Counted from the stretch's first letter, positions 1 to 8,546 are shown. The stretch: 14,270 nucleotides of DNA from Okeania sp. (GCF_035285525.1 NZ_JAYKGW010000236.1:1-14270); one strand, 5' to 3'. The notes: generated from the sequence alone by a model not told the origin. Numbers and translations are program-made.

Positions 1-150
1 CTCAATCTTAGACTCAGTAGCAAAATTCTAACTCAAACCCCTCCCTACTATTGCACTATTAATGGACGTGGGTGAGGGCGGGTTTATCTCAATCTTAGAC
101 TCAGTAGCAAAATTCTAACTCAAACCCGCCCCTACATATTGCACTATTTT
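1..150. repeat. Tandem 87-bp repeat, two copies (left copy cut by window edge), with GTAGGGGCGGGTTT-type inverted termini
   Basis: 1-62 and 88-150 are near-identical (ctcaatcttagactcagtagcaaaattctaactcaaaccc...ctac.tattgcactatt). 68-85 gtgggtgagggcgggttt is the imperfect reverse complement of 124-137 aaacccgcccctac, giving a ~14-bp-stem hairpin over 68..137. Confidence 0.8.
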
Positions 151-181
151 AGGTGTGTCAATAATAAATAACTATAATCAA

Positions 182-253
182 AGGCGGCACCCAGATTCGA
201 ACTGGGGGATGAGGATTTTGCAGACCCTTGCCTTACCACTTGGCCATGCCGCC
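182..253 (-). tRNA. tRNA-Cys (anticodon GCA)
   Basis: Reverse complement reads GGCGGCA UG GCC AAGUGGUAA GGC A AGGGU CUGCAAA AUCCU CAUCC CCCAG UUCGAAU CUGGG UGCCGCC U. It has a 7-bp acceptor stem, a 3-bp D stem with GG in the loop, a 5-bp anticodon stem (one G-U), loop C-U-GCA-A-A, a 5-nt variable loop, a 5-bp T stem with UUCGAAU loop and discriminator U. CCA is not encoded. Confidence 0.93.
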
Positions 254-265
254 ACACATATTTTT

Positions 266-294
266 AATATACACCATCTAAGTAAATATAGCAA
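266..294 (-). promoter_or_regulatory. Putative sigma70-type promoter for tRNA-Cys (TTGCTA-17 nt-TATATT)
   Basis: On the minus strand, TTGCTA (289-294) and TATATT (266-271) are separated by exactly 17 nt. The -10 box ends 12 nt upstream of the mature tRNA 5' end (253). Confidence 0.4.
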
Positions 295-542
295 CCCTTA
301 AAATAAATAGAAGCAATATTATTGATGGCCATATTTTTTAGGAGACTATAGACAAATATTTAGGGTTTACTGAATAATTCTTTTTGTTGAGATAGAGATT
401 AGTTAAGAGTCAGAAAAAATAGGGCTATTAATTGATGCGGTAGATATTTTTCTAACTTTTACACGGCACTATACCAACGGACATTATATTAGAGATAAAT
501 TTAGTATATCACAATAAATGTATAATTGTGTCTAACTTTTTC

Positions 543-872
543 TAATTAGAGCTTGCTGATTAAATCCGAAAACTTTGACATATATAGCAGGGAACACTGA
601 ACTGGAAACAGGGAACAGTTGTTCAAGTGTTTCCGCTCTCTAAGATTCATCATCATTCCATATCCTAACCGCCAAGGCAGTTGCTATAAAGGTAAGTGCC
701 TTTTTAGGTTCTGATTTCTTGGGAACCGTAAAAGTTCAACTTTTTGGGTAACTCTGGTTCCTCAAGGAGCGTATTTTGGTGAAGACTTGGGCAAAAAAAT
801 TACTCTCCATCCCCCCATCACCTCATCACCTCATCTCCTGAAAAAAGACTGAACAAGCGCAAACCCTAATTA
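543..872. repeat. Family-A modular repeat, single inverted copy (~330 bp) bounded by TAATTA
   Basis: The reverse complement shares its scaffold with the units at 4092-4818: taattagggtttgcgctt.ttcagtcttttt, agtaattttttt(t)gcccaa, cctaaaaa, ggatttaatcagcaag. The core is an octamer array catcacct x3 (816-839). A second short array gggaaca/ctggaaaca lies at 590-620. Confidence 0.75.
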
Positions 873-914
873 TTTTAATACTGTTGATAGCCCTTAATCA
901 CGGTCTCCCAATGC

Positions 915-2063
915 TCAAAACTCATCTAACTCCTGACACAAATCTTGCAACTGCTGATGTTCTACTTTCCTCGAAGAACGCCGATACTTTTTACTAGCTA
1001 ACTTAGGTTCCAACTTTCGTTTACCACCCGAACTTGTTTTCGCTTTTAAATTTGACTCACTATCAGGTTGCTGTTGCAATACTTCCTGTCGAGCGATCGC
1101 TTCTTCCAAAAATGTCAAATAATATTCATACCGCTCCCAGTCACCTCTCACGACACAGTTAGGTTCATCCCGATGCAAACAGTCACTAAATTGACAACTC
1201 CCCTCTGCTAAATACTTTCGTGCTTCTGGAAACAAATATGCTAACTCTATAGGTTCGCAGTCTAACTGTGGTTGATTAAAACCAGGTGTATCTGCTAACA
1301 AACCCCCATTCGGCAACTCAAATAACTCAACATGACGAGTAGTATGTCTCCCCCGCGACAACTTTCCCGACACTGCACTCACCCGTAAATTCACATTTGG
1401 AATCAAATAATTAATTAAACTCGACTTCCCTACACCAGACGGACCAGAAATTACTGTAATTTTATTCCTCAATTTTTCCCACAAAGAATGGGAGCTATCC
1501 TTCACTGCTCTCAAACCTGCTTCCGTTTTCACACTAATCAAAAAAGGTTCATAACCCCACTCAGAAATTTGACTGCACCATTCTTCCGTTTTTGCTTCAC
1601 TCACCAGATCCCATTTACTCAAACACAAACATATCTCTAAACCTGTTAACTCTGCTTTGACTAAAAACCTTGTCAAAGCAACCGGGTCTAAATTTGGTTC
1701 TGCTAAAGCAAATACTAACATTACCTGATTTGCATTAGCAATGGGAGGGCGGTCAAGTTCTGTTTCTCTTGGTAAAACCTCAGCTACTGCACCTCGTCCA
1801 CCCTCCCAGTCTGGATCTTCTATAATTACGCGATCGCCTACCATTACTTTTTGGCCTATTTTCTTTAATCGCGATCGCCGGGTACAAAGCAGAAATTTAG
1901 GTATATTTTCTCTTGCATTTTTTACGGAATTGTGATATTCATCAATTTTGACCTGGTAAAAATTTGCTTGAACTGCTACAACTGTCCCTAAGCAGTTATT
2001 ATCAGTTTGTTCCCATAAGTCATTTACTTCTGAAGTCCAATTCATGCTATTTTTTCTGGGCAA
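915..2063 (-). CDS. rsgA: Ribosome small-subunit-dependent GTPase A (RsgA/YjeQ)
   Basis: 382-aa ORF with circularly permuted GTPase motifs in the order G4 LSKWDL, G1 GPSGVGKSSL, G3 DTPGF. C-terminal zinc knuckle CQFSDCLHRDEPNC and basic tail. The alternative start at Met7 (2045) forms an ATGA overlap with the upstream ORF stop and may be the true start. Confidence 0.93.
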   Translation of the reverse strand: MPRKNSMNWTSEVNDLWEQTDNNCLGTVVAVQANFYQVKIDEYHNSVKNARENIPKFLLCTRRSRLKKIGQKVMVGDRVIIEDPDWEGGRGAVAEVLPRETELDRPPIANANQVMLVFALAEPNLDPVALTRFLVKAELTGLEICLCLSKWDLVSEAKTEEWCSQISEWGYEPFLISVKTEAGLRAVKDSSHSLWEKLRNKITVISGPSGVGKSSLINYLIPNVNLRVSAVSGKLSRGRHTTRHVELFELPNGGLLADTPGFNQPQLDCEPIELAYLFPEARKYLAEGSCQFSDCLHRDEPNCVVRGDWERYEYYLTFLEEAIARQEVLQQQPDSESNLKAKTSSGGKRKLEPKLASKKYRRSSRKVEHQQLQDLCQELDEF

Positions 2064-2356
2064 CGCACCTTCAGGACAAAATATTCAGACTGTTCTTTTA
2101 TTTCTACTATGGGGTAACCTTCTATCGCCAAACTATCAGGTACTTGTTCTATAGGTTCTCCTGGATCTAGCCACACTTCTAAAATTTCTCCTGGCATCAT
2201 CTTTTCTAGATACAGTTTGGTTCTCACAAAATTAATTGGACAGGGAGTACCCCGTAAATCTATTTGAGAATCTGACTTTTGTGCATTCTGAATTTGGCTT
2301 TGATAATCCATAAATAAATTAAATATTTTTTCTCCACTTTTTGACTTTTCTTTCAC
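2042..2356 (-). CDS. TusA/SirA-family sulfurtransferase-like small protein
   Basis: The 104-aa ORF starts at GTG. It has the conserved Cys-Pro context DLRGTPCPINFVRTKLYL followed by GEILEVWLDPGEP..VP, typical of the TusA fold. The first ATG is at 2311 (MDYQSQ..., 89 aa). The GTG-proximal codons lie inside a 39-bp duplicated segment, so the start is uncertain. Confidence 0.72.
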   Translation of the reverse strand: MKEKSKSGEKIFNLFMDYQSQIQNAQKSDSQIDLRGTPCPINFVRTKLYLEKMMPGEILEVWLDPGEPIEQVPDSLAIEGYPIVEIKEQSEYFVLKVRCPEKIA

Positions 2357-2471
2357 AAATAAATCCTATTTTTACCAAGTGGTAAAAATAAGCTTATAGC
2401 TGATTGCTGACTCCTAAATGCTTGCTTATTAATTTTTGACTTTTCTTTCACAAATAAATCCTATTTTTACC
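2338..2471. repeat. 39-bp direct duplication (2338-2376 and 2433-2471) flanking a 56-bp insert
   Basis: tttttgacttttctttcacaaataaatcctatttttacc occurs twice, identically, 95 bp apart. The insert starts with aagtggtaaaaata, which pairs with the preceding tatttttacc (10-bp stem). The insert also contains the gctgattgctgac...ctaaatgctt motif seen at 9122 and 9202. Confidence 0.85.
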
Positions 2472-2665
2472 TAAAAATTAAGTCCAAAGCCTCCCCTTTT
2501 CAGGGGATGAAAAAGCGGTCGTCAGCGGAGCTTCCCGAAGGGTGAGATGGATGGGTTCCCTAACCATCTCTAATCGACCAAGAGAAATATTTAACTTCAG
2601 TATTTTCAGCCTCCGACTTAACTCGGAGGTTAACTCTGTACTGATAACTGATCACTGAAATAACC
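2461..2665. repeat. Family-B MITE-like element, copy B1 (205 bp) with a 72-bp nested insert
   Basis: It aligns with 8761-8936 and, inverted, with 7207-7326. The shared order is ttttacc, aaagcctccccttttcagggg, atgaaaaa, atttaacttcagtatttt, hairpin cctccga-N6-tcggagg, ctgataa heptamers, gaaataacc. 2515-2586 is absent from copy B3. Confidence 0.8.
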
Positions 2666-2747
2666 ACTTGCTAAAGACAAGTTTTTTCAGATTAGGAAAA
2701 TATCAGCATTTAGCCATTAGCATTCAGATACTAAAGTTGAATTAATA

Positions 2748-2777
2748 GCAGTCAGCTAACAGCTGTTAGCTGACTGC
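2748..2777 (-). terminator. Perfect 30-bp palindrome made of inverted heptamers, possible dnaJ terminator
   Basis: gcagtcagctaacag|ctgttagctgactgc is a perfect inverted repeat, 36 nt downstream of the dnaJ stop. On the minus strand it is followed by tattaatt. No clean U-run, so terminator function is inferred. Confidence 0.4.
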
Positions 2778-2812
2778 TGTTTGCGCAGCATTCCGCAGGA
2801 AATGGTTATTAA

Positions 2813-3934
2813 TTAGTGAAATAAGTTTCCGAGGAATCCTTCTATACCTCCTTTTCCCGTACGTTCTCCTTTAATACTTGCCAATTTTTCCAATAACTCT
2901 CTTTCTTCAATAGTAACTTTTGTGGGAATATCTATTTCTATTGTAATTAAATGATCTCCACGACTTACCGGATTACCCAATTTTGGTACTCCCTTATCTT
3001 CCAAAGTTAAAACAGTATTTGGCTGAGTACCTGGTGGAATAATTAACTCCGACTTACCATCAACTGTATTAACTTCCAAAGAACAGCCTAAAATTGCTTG
3101 TAAATAACTAACTTTTAGTTGGGAAAGAATATTAATACCATCTCTTTTAAATTCTGGGTGATTTTTCACAGACAGAAAAACATACAAGTCTCCTGGAGGC
3201 CCACCCATCTTGCCTACATCTCCTTCATTAGATACTCGTAACCGAGTCCCATTGTCTACTCCCCCTGGGATAGTAATCTTAATCTTTTTCGTTACCTCGT
3301 TCTGGCCACGGCCTCCACAACTTATACATTTTTCCTCAATTATTTGTCCATTGCCATTACAGGAAGGACAAACTGAAACTTGAGTGAAACTACCAAAAGG
3401 AGTTCTTGTCGCTCGGCGAACTTGACCAGTACCTCCACAAGTTGAACAATTTTGAGGTCTTGTACCTGATTTCGCTCCTGAACCTTTGCAGGTTTCGCAA
3501 GTTTCAAGATGCTTAATAGTTAGTTCTTTATCTCCACCAAATATGGCATCCTGAAAGTCCAAACTCAGGTCTAAACGTAGGTCATCCCCTCTAGTCGGAC
3601 CTGTACGCCTACGTCCTTGAGTTCCCACTCCTCCGGAGAAACCACTAAAAAAGCTTTCAAATATATCAGCGAAGCTATCTGAAAAATCTGATGAAAAACC
3701 TGATGCTGCTCCCCCGGATACTCCTGCTTCTCCAAAGCGATCATAACGAGCCTTCATTTCTGAGTCAGAGAGAACTTCGTAAGCACTACTTATTTCTTTA
3801 AAGCGTTCTTCTGCTCCAGGCTCTTTATTCACATCTGGGTGGTACTTACGAGCCAAGCGACGGTAGGCACGCTTTAGTTCCTCCTTATCTGCTGTACGAG
3901 AAACACCTAGAATTTCGTAATAATCACGGGCCAT
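2813..3934 (-). CDS. dnaJ: Molecular chaperone DnaJ (type I Hsp40)
   Basis: 373 aa. It has a J domain with the HPD motif (KYHPDVNK), a G/F-rich linker and four CxxCxGxG zinc motifs ([32 protein letters not shown]), followed by the C-terminal substrate-binding domains. Confidence 0.97.
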   Translation of the reverse strand: MARDYYEILGVSRTADKEELKRAYRRLARKYHPDVNKEPGAEERFKEISSAYEVLSDSEMKARYDRFGEAGVSGGAASGFSSDFSDSFADIFESFFSGFSGGVGTQGRRRTGPTRGDDLRLDLSLDFQDAIFGGDKELTIKHLETCETCKGSGAKSGTRPQNCSTCGGTGQVRRATRTPFGSFTQVSVCPSCNGNGQIIEEKCISCGGRGQNEVTKKIKITIPGGVDNGTRLRVSNEGDVGKMGGPPGDLYVFLSVKNHPEFKRDGINILSQLKVSYLQAILGCSLEVNTVDGKSELIIPPGTQPNTVLTLEDKGVPKLGNPVSRGDHLITIEIDIPTKVTIEERELLEKLASIKGERTGKGGIEGFLGNLFH

Positions 3935-4091
3935 AGAGCTATTTGCCTATATATAATTTAATGTTAGTTTGTCTGTTTGGAAATTTTATATTTTTATTTG
4001 GCGATTTTCTGCGTGGTATTTATTTCCCCATAGATTAATTATCGCCTTTCGTCAGTTTAACATAGAGTTACTTGAAAATCTACATTATTGA

Positions 4092-4818
4092 TAATTAGGG
4101 TTTGCGCTTCTTCAGTCTTTTTCTAGGAGTAGGGGAGCGCTTTGGTAGGGGAGTAGAGGAGCAAGAAAGTAATTTTTTTTGCCCAACGATCTGCTTAAAA
4201 TTGTAACTTTTTGATTTTTCAGCGATTTATCGGGAACCGTACCGTGCATTAAGCAGCTCAAAACCAGGTACTTTTTACCTGTCTAAAAATGCTAAAAACT
4301 TTATCTGTAAAGGCTTTTAGATTTAATCAGCAAATCCTAATTAGGATTTGCTGAAAAAGTAGAGGTAGAAGCCAGAAGCCAGAATCCAGAAGGAATACTC
4401 ATTATAGAAGAAGTAATCAGAAGAATCGTTCCTTAATTTTCTACCCTTATGTTGCCAAAAATCCTAGATTTTTGAAGCATTACTACCTAAAAGCTGGTAC
4501 TTTATTAGTATCTGAAAATTGTCAAACCTTAAGCTCGTCAAGATTTTGATATTTAATCAACAAGCCCTAATTAGGTTTTGCTGAAAAAAGCAGAGGGTGG
4601 GAAGTGTCGGAAGTGTCGGAAGTGTCGGAAGATAGAGAAAGTAGGAGGAATAATTTTTTCTTGATTTTTCTACCCTTGGCCTCCCTAAAATCCTAAAATT
4701 CATGATTTTTCCGGAACCGTCCTTGAGATATCTAAAAGCGACTAATTTTTCCATACCTAAAAATGCTAAAAGCTTTATCTATAAAATGCTTTTAGATTTA
4801 ATCAGCAAGTCCTAATTA
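4092..4818. repeat. Family-A modular repeat, three tandem units (246, 230, 245 bp), each with a different short-tandem-repeat core
   Basis: Unit boundaries are at TAATTA 4092, 4338, 4568 and 4813. The junctions are palindromes (cagcaaatcc-taatta-ggatttgctg). Cores are GTAGGGGAG-like (4125-4165), heptamer agaagcc x~4 (4367-4393) and 9-mer gaagtgtcg x3 (4601-4627). The shared scaffold is aatttttt, gatttttc, (c)gggaaccgt, cctaaaaatgctaaaa.ctttatct.taaa.gcttttagatttaatcagcaa. Confidence 0.85.
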
Positions 4819-4946
4819 CACATCTGCGGAAAAGAAATAGGCAATAGGGGGAAGTAATTCATAATTTCTGGATCAGAATTGATTTTATGTTTTTCTTTTT
4901 GGAGATGTCTATTGAATAATGAATATTATAGATAATGAATTCCATA

Positions 4947-6983
4947 CTACAGAAAAGGATTTTTGTCAAATTCATTCTCAGGATTATTAGTTGTTTCCTG
5001 AACTTCAGTTGAATTTACCTCACTTGTAATTGAGTTAGTATCAGTAAATGTCTCACTTTCTACAGAATCTTGAGAAATTTCTGATTCTGTAATTTTTGGT
5101 TCTTCTTCTTGAGTTTGAGGCATCTCAGAACTTGGTTCCTTTTCTAATAAGTTTAGCTTTTCATTTGCTCCTTTTTCATATAAAGTTCCACCTACAGCAA
5201 ATAGTTTTTCTCTAAATACTTGAACTTGCTGATTTAGTTGGTCGTAATTCACTTCAGTTTCAGAATTACTCAAAACTTGCTTTAATTCCTCATAACTATT
5301 CTGAACTTCTGTCCCTAACTCTTCATCAATTAAACCACCATATTCTTTGACAGTTGCTTCATAATTATATAAAAGAGTATCTGCCTGATTTGTCAATTCT
5401 ACTAATTGTTTTTGTTTATTATCTTCTTCTGCATAAACTTCTGCTTCTTCCTGCATTCGTTGAATTTCTGTATCATTTAAACCACCTGTATTACTAATTT
5501 CAATACCTTGTTCTTTACCTGTTCCTTGGTCTATAGCTTTAACTTTCAAAATTCCATTAGCATCTATATCAAAATTCACTTCTATTTGTGGTATTCCTCT
5601 GGGAGCTGGAGGAATTCCTTTTAGCAAAAATCGACCTAGACTTTTATTATCTTGTACCATTGCTCGCTCACCCTGGAGAACATGGATTTCTACAGAAGTT
5701 TGTCCATCGGCAGCAGTAGAATACATTTGGGAACGACTGGTAGGAATTGTGGTATTTCTCTCAATCACCTTAGTACATATTCCTCCCAAAGTTTCTAAAC
5801 CGAAGGATAGAGGTACCACATCCAATAATAGAAGGTCTTTCAGTTCACCTCCTAAAATACCTGCTTGAATAGCTGCCCCCAAGGCCACAGCTTCATCAGG
5901 ATTCACAGAAGTATCAGGAACTTTTCCATTAAAAAAATTACTTATTGCTGTTTGAACTATAGGTATCCTAGTAGAGCCTCCTACCAGAATAATCCTGTCT
6001 ATATTTTCGGGTTTGATCTCAGCATCTTTCAGGGCTTGTTCTACTGGTTTAATGGTACTTTCAACCAAAGGATGAACTAATTTTTCAAATTGAGCGCGAG
6101 TGAGGTAGGTTTCCAAATGCTTTGGTCCTATTTCATTAGCAGTAATAAATGGTAAATTGATATTTGTATTATTGGTAGAAGATAGTTCTATTTTGGCCTT
6201 TTCTGCTGCATCTCTAAGTCTTTGTACAGCCATTTTATCGGGAAATAAATCTATCCCTTCCTGTTCTTTGAACTGATCTATTAACCAATTAACTATACAA
6301 TTATCAAAATCATCTCCTCCCAGATGATTATTACCAGAAGTAGCCTTAACTTCAAATATTCCATCTCCTAACTGCAAGATAGAAACATCAAAAGTTCCTC
6401 CACCTAGGTCAAAAACTAAGATTGTTTGATCTTTATCCTGTTTATCTATACCATAAGATAGTGCAGCTGCAGTTGGTTCATTAATAATTCGTAGCACCTC
6501 CAGACCAGCAATAATTCCTGCATCTTTAGTTGCTTGTCTCTGTGCATCTGTAAAATATGCTGGTACTGTAATTACTACTTGAGTGACAGAATCACCTAGA
6601 TATTTTTCCGCATTCTGCTTCATTTTTTGCAGAATCATGGCTGAAATTTCTTGGGGAGTATAATTTTTTTCCTTAATGTGGACATCTACAGTATTGTCTT
6701 TACCCTCAACAGTTTTGTAGGGAACCCGGGAGCGTTCATCTTCTGTATCATCCCATCTTCTCCCAATAAATCTTTTGATACTATAGATTGTATTTACAGC
6801 ATTGGTTACTAATTGTCGTTTGGCAACTTGGCCAATTAAACGGTCGTTGGCTTTGCCAAATCCTACAATACTGGGCGTTGTACGTCCACCTTCTGAGTTA
6901 GGAATTACAATTGGTTTTCCTCCCTCTAAGACGGCCATACAACTATTTGTTGTCCCTAAATCAATGCCAATGACTTTTCCCAT
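4947..6983 (-). CDS. dnaK: Molecular chaperone DnaK (Hsp70), grpE-linked paralogue with an acidic Ser/Thr/Glu-rich C-terminal tail
   Basis: 678 aa with canonical Hsp70 signatures [38 protein letters not shown] and [10 protein letters not shown], plus the substrate-binding domain. The last ~70 aa are low-complexity. Confidence 0.97.
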   Translation of the reverse strand: MGKVIGIDLGTTNSCMAVLEGGKPIVIPNSEGGRTTPSIVGFGKANDRLIGQVAKRQLVTNAVNTIYSIKRFIGRRWDDTEDERSRVPYKTVEGKDNTVDVHIKEKNYTPQEISAMILQKMKQNAEKYLGDSVTQVVITVPAYFTDAQRQATKDAGIIAGLEVLRIINEPTAAALSYGIDKQDKDQTILVFDLGGGTFDVSILQLGDGIFEVKATSGNNHLGGDDFDNCIVNWLIDQFKEQEGIDLFPDKMAVQRLRDAAEKAKIELSSTNNTNINLPFITANEIGPKHLETYLTRAQFEKLVHPLVESTIKPVEQALKDAEIKPENIDRIILVGGSTRIPIVQTAISNFFNGKVPDTSVNPDEAVALGAAIQAGILGGELKDLLLLDVVPLSFGLETLGGICTKVIERNTTIPTSRSQMYSTAADGQTSVEIHVLQGERAMVQDNKSLGRFLLKGIPPAPRGIPQIEVNFDIDANGILKVKAIDQGTGKEQGIEISNTGGLNDTEIQRMQEEAEVYAEEDNKQKQLVELTNQADTLLYNYEATVKEYGGLIDEELGTEVQNSYEELKQVLSNSETEVNYDQLNQQVQVFREKLFAVGGTLYEKGANEKLNLLEKEPSSEMPQTQEEEPKITESEISQDSVESETFTDTNSITSEVNSTEVQETTNNPENEFDKNPFL

Positions 6984-7206
6984 AGTTTTTCGGAGTTATT
7001 ATATAATTTAGTCAAAAATTTCTATTCTTTTATCATAATGAATCTTTCAATCTTCCGTGTTTTACTAAGTCTTGAAAAGCAGAAAAATATCTAGATTTTT
7101 TATTCCTTTATTAGCTGAATAACTACGTTTTTTAGATAAAAAAATATATAGCAATTGTATTTTATTTGTGTATAAAAGTTTTACTAATTTTAGGTAAAAG
7201 GGAACA

Positions 7207-7326
7207 GGTAATTTCAGTTCTTAATAGACAGTGAACCGCTGACTAAAATCGGAGGCTTGAAATACTGATTTGAAATTTTTCATACCCTGAAAAGGGGAGG
7301 CTTTATACCTCCTTTTTTGGTAAAAG
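7207..7326. repeat. Family-B MITE-like element, copy B3 (inverted, 120 bp, no nested insert)
   Basis: The reverse complement reads cttttacc aaaaaaggaggtataaagcctccccttttcagggtatgaaaaa tttcaaatcagtatttcaagcctccga...ggttcact...gaaattacc. ggtaaaag occurs at both edges (7196-7203 and 7319-7326). Confidence 0.7.
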
Positions 7327-7713
7327 TTTGAGTTTTTTCATCTACTTTTTGATTTGTCGTCACCTATTTAGGATTGCTTGAAGTAGTGGTATGAAATCAA
7401 TTAGGAATTTTTTTTCATAAATGATTATAACCATAAAAAATAATTTATGAGAAAAAACTCTAGGCATTTGGTCTGCAAATATCTTGGAGCTGGGGTTTGG
7501 AGACCAAACCCAGCATTTATAAATCTTACAACCTATTTAGGATTGCTATACTTAACTAAGTTGTATCCAGAAAAAAATCTTCAGTTAAATTTCTACAATC
7601 ATTTAGATTGAATTTTTAACATTTGTGTTTATATTGTGGCTGATTTTATTTAGGTCTGAATACAACTTAAACTTAAAAGATCGGATAATCTAGTCAGAAT
7701 TAACTAACCAATA

Positions 7714-8433
7714 TTAATTTTCTGGTTCAGTTTGATTTTCTGTTTCATCATCTGTAGATTCTGGTACTGTTGCTACTTTTACCATAGCGTGTCGAAGTAT
7801 GCGATCGCCTATAATATAACCTCGGACTAATTCTTCTATTACTGTTCCTTCTGGATACTGTGTAGTTTCTTCTCGCATTACTGCTTCATGTAGATTGGGG
7901 TCAAATTCTTGACCTTCTGGACGCATCGCAGAAACTCCTAACTTTTTCAAAGAGTCTACCATTTGTTTATAGACACTTTGATAGCTTTTATGGATAGTCA
8001 TTTCTCCATCATTTGCTGGTTTTATCTGGGAACGAGCACGCTCAAAGTTGTCAATTACTGGTAGTAATTCAATAATTGTGGCACACTTTACCTGTAAGTC
8101 TAATTCTTCTTTTTCTTTTTGTGTTCGTTTCCGGAAGTTATCAAAGTCTGCTCCTAATCTTTTGTATTGACTTTCTTTTTCTTCTAGTTGAAGATTGGCA
8201 CTTTCTAACTGATTTTGTGATGCTTCATAAGCTTCTTTTAATAATACTATTTCTGGTGATGTTGTTGCAGAGTTTTGCTGCTCTGTTTCTACAGAGATAT
8301 TATCTTCAGAGACTTCTTGGTTATTCTCTACTGTTTGAGATGAATCTAAGTCTGGATTTTGCTCAAATATAACTTCAATATTTTCATTTATTTCTTGATT
8401 TTTTGTTTCTGTAGAAGGAATCTCTCCTGTCAT
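7714..8433 (-). CDS. grpE: Nucleotide exchange factor GrpE
   Basis: 239 aa. It has an acidic low-complexity N-terminus, then a coiled-coil region (DFDNFRKRTQKEKEE) and the GrpE beta-domain (GTVIEELVRGYIIGDRILRHAMVKV). An AGGAG Shine-Dalgarno sequence lies ~9 nt upstream of the ATG. Confidence 0.93.
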   Translation of the reverse strand: MTGEIPSTETKNQEINENIEVIFEQNPDLDSSQTVENNQEVSEDNISVETEQQNSATTSPEIVLLKEAYEASQNQLESANLQLEEKESQYKRLGADFDNFRKRTQKEKEELDLQVKCATIIELLPVIDNFERARSQIKPANDGEMTIHKSYQSVYKQMVDSLKKLGVSAMRPEGQEFDPNLHEAVMREETTQYPEGTVIEELVRGYIIGDRILRHAMVKVATVPESTDDETENQTEPEN

Positions 8434-8523
8434 TTAATTTTCTCCTAATGCCTAATCTAAGATTATTACTATTTATTGTTTGGCTTTTCTCCCTGATTTA
8501 TCATAATCAAGAAGTAATACAGA

Positions 8524-8546
8524 AACACTGAAATTATAACAGTGTT
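8524..8546 (-). promoter_or_regulatory. Inverted repeat AACACTG-N9-CAGTGTT centred on a TATAAT hexamer, ~90 nt upstream of grpE
   Basis: The minus strand reads aacactgTTATAATttcagtgtt, a 7-bp perfect inverted repeat enclosing a consensus -10 box. No good -35 is found at 17 nt. Operator or promoter function is inferred only. Confidence 0.3.

Noticed and set aside
1741-2170. Plus-strand ORFs 1741-1935 and 1964-2170
   Set aside because: They lie antisense within rsgA and the TusA-like gene. The sequences are Ser/Pro/Phe-rich and low-complexity, typical of shadow ORFs opposite real genes.
2540-2575. tRNA-like T-arm (gatgg-gttccctaa-ccatc) inside the family-B nested insert
   Set aside because: Only a single hairpin with a GTTC-like loop is present. 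There is no acceptor, anticodon or D arm, so it is not a tRNA or tRNA fragment that I can support.
4557-4754. 65-aa minus-strand ORF in the dnaK-dnaJ spacer containing PTLPTLPTLPTL
   Set aside because: The ORF is a translation through the 9-mer tandem array (gaagtgtcg x3) and family-A repeat scaffold. It has no RBS and no protein-like composition outside the repeat, so it is a spurious ORF.
4092-4818. Possible CRISPR array (regularly spaced palindromic junctions)
   Set aside because: The period is 230-246 bp and the intervening sequence is itself homologous between units. There are no unique spacers of 30-40 bp, no cas genes and no 25-40-bp conserved direct repeat. It is a tandem modular repeat.
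5865-7011. Plus-strand ORFs 5865-6080 and 6802-7011
   Set aside because: They lie antisense inside the strongly supported dnaK CDS and are shadow ORFs.
8076-8372. Plus-strand 98-aa ORF
   Set aside because: It lies antisense to grpE. It is Leu/Phe-rich as a consequence of the Glu/Lys-rich sense strand.
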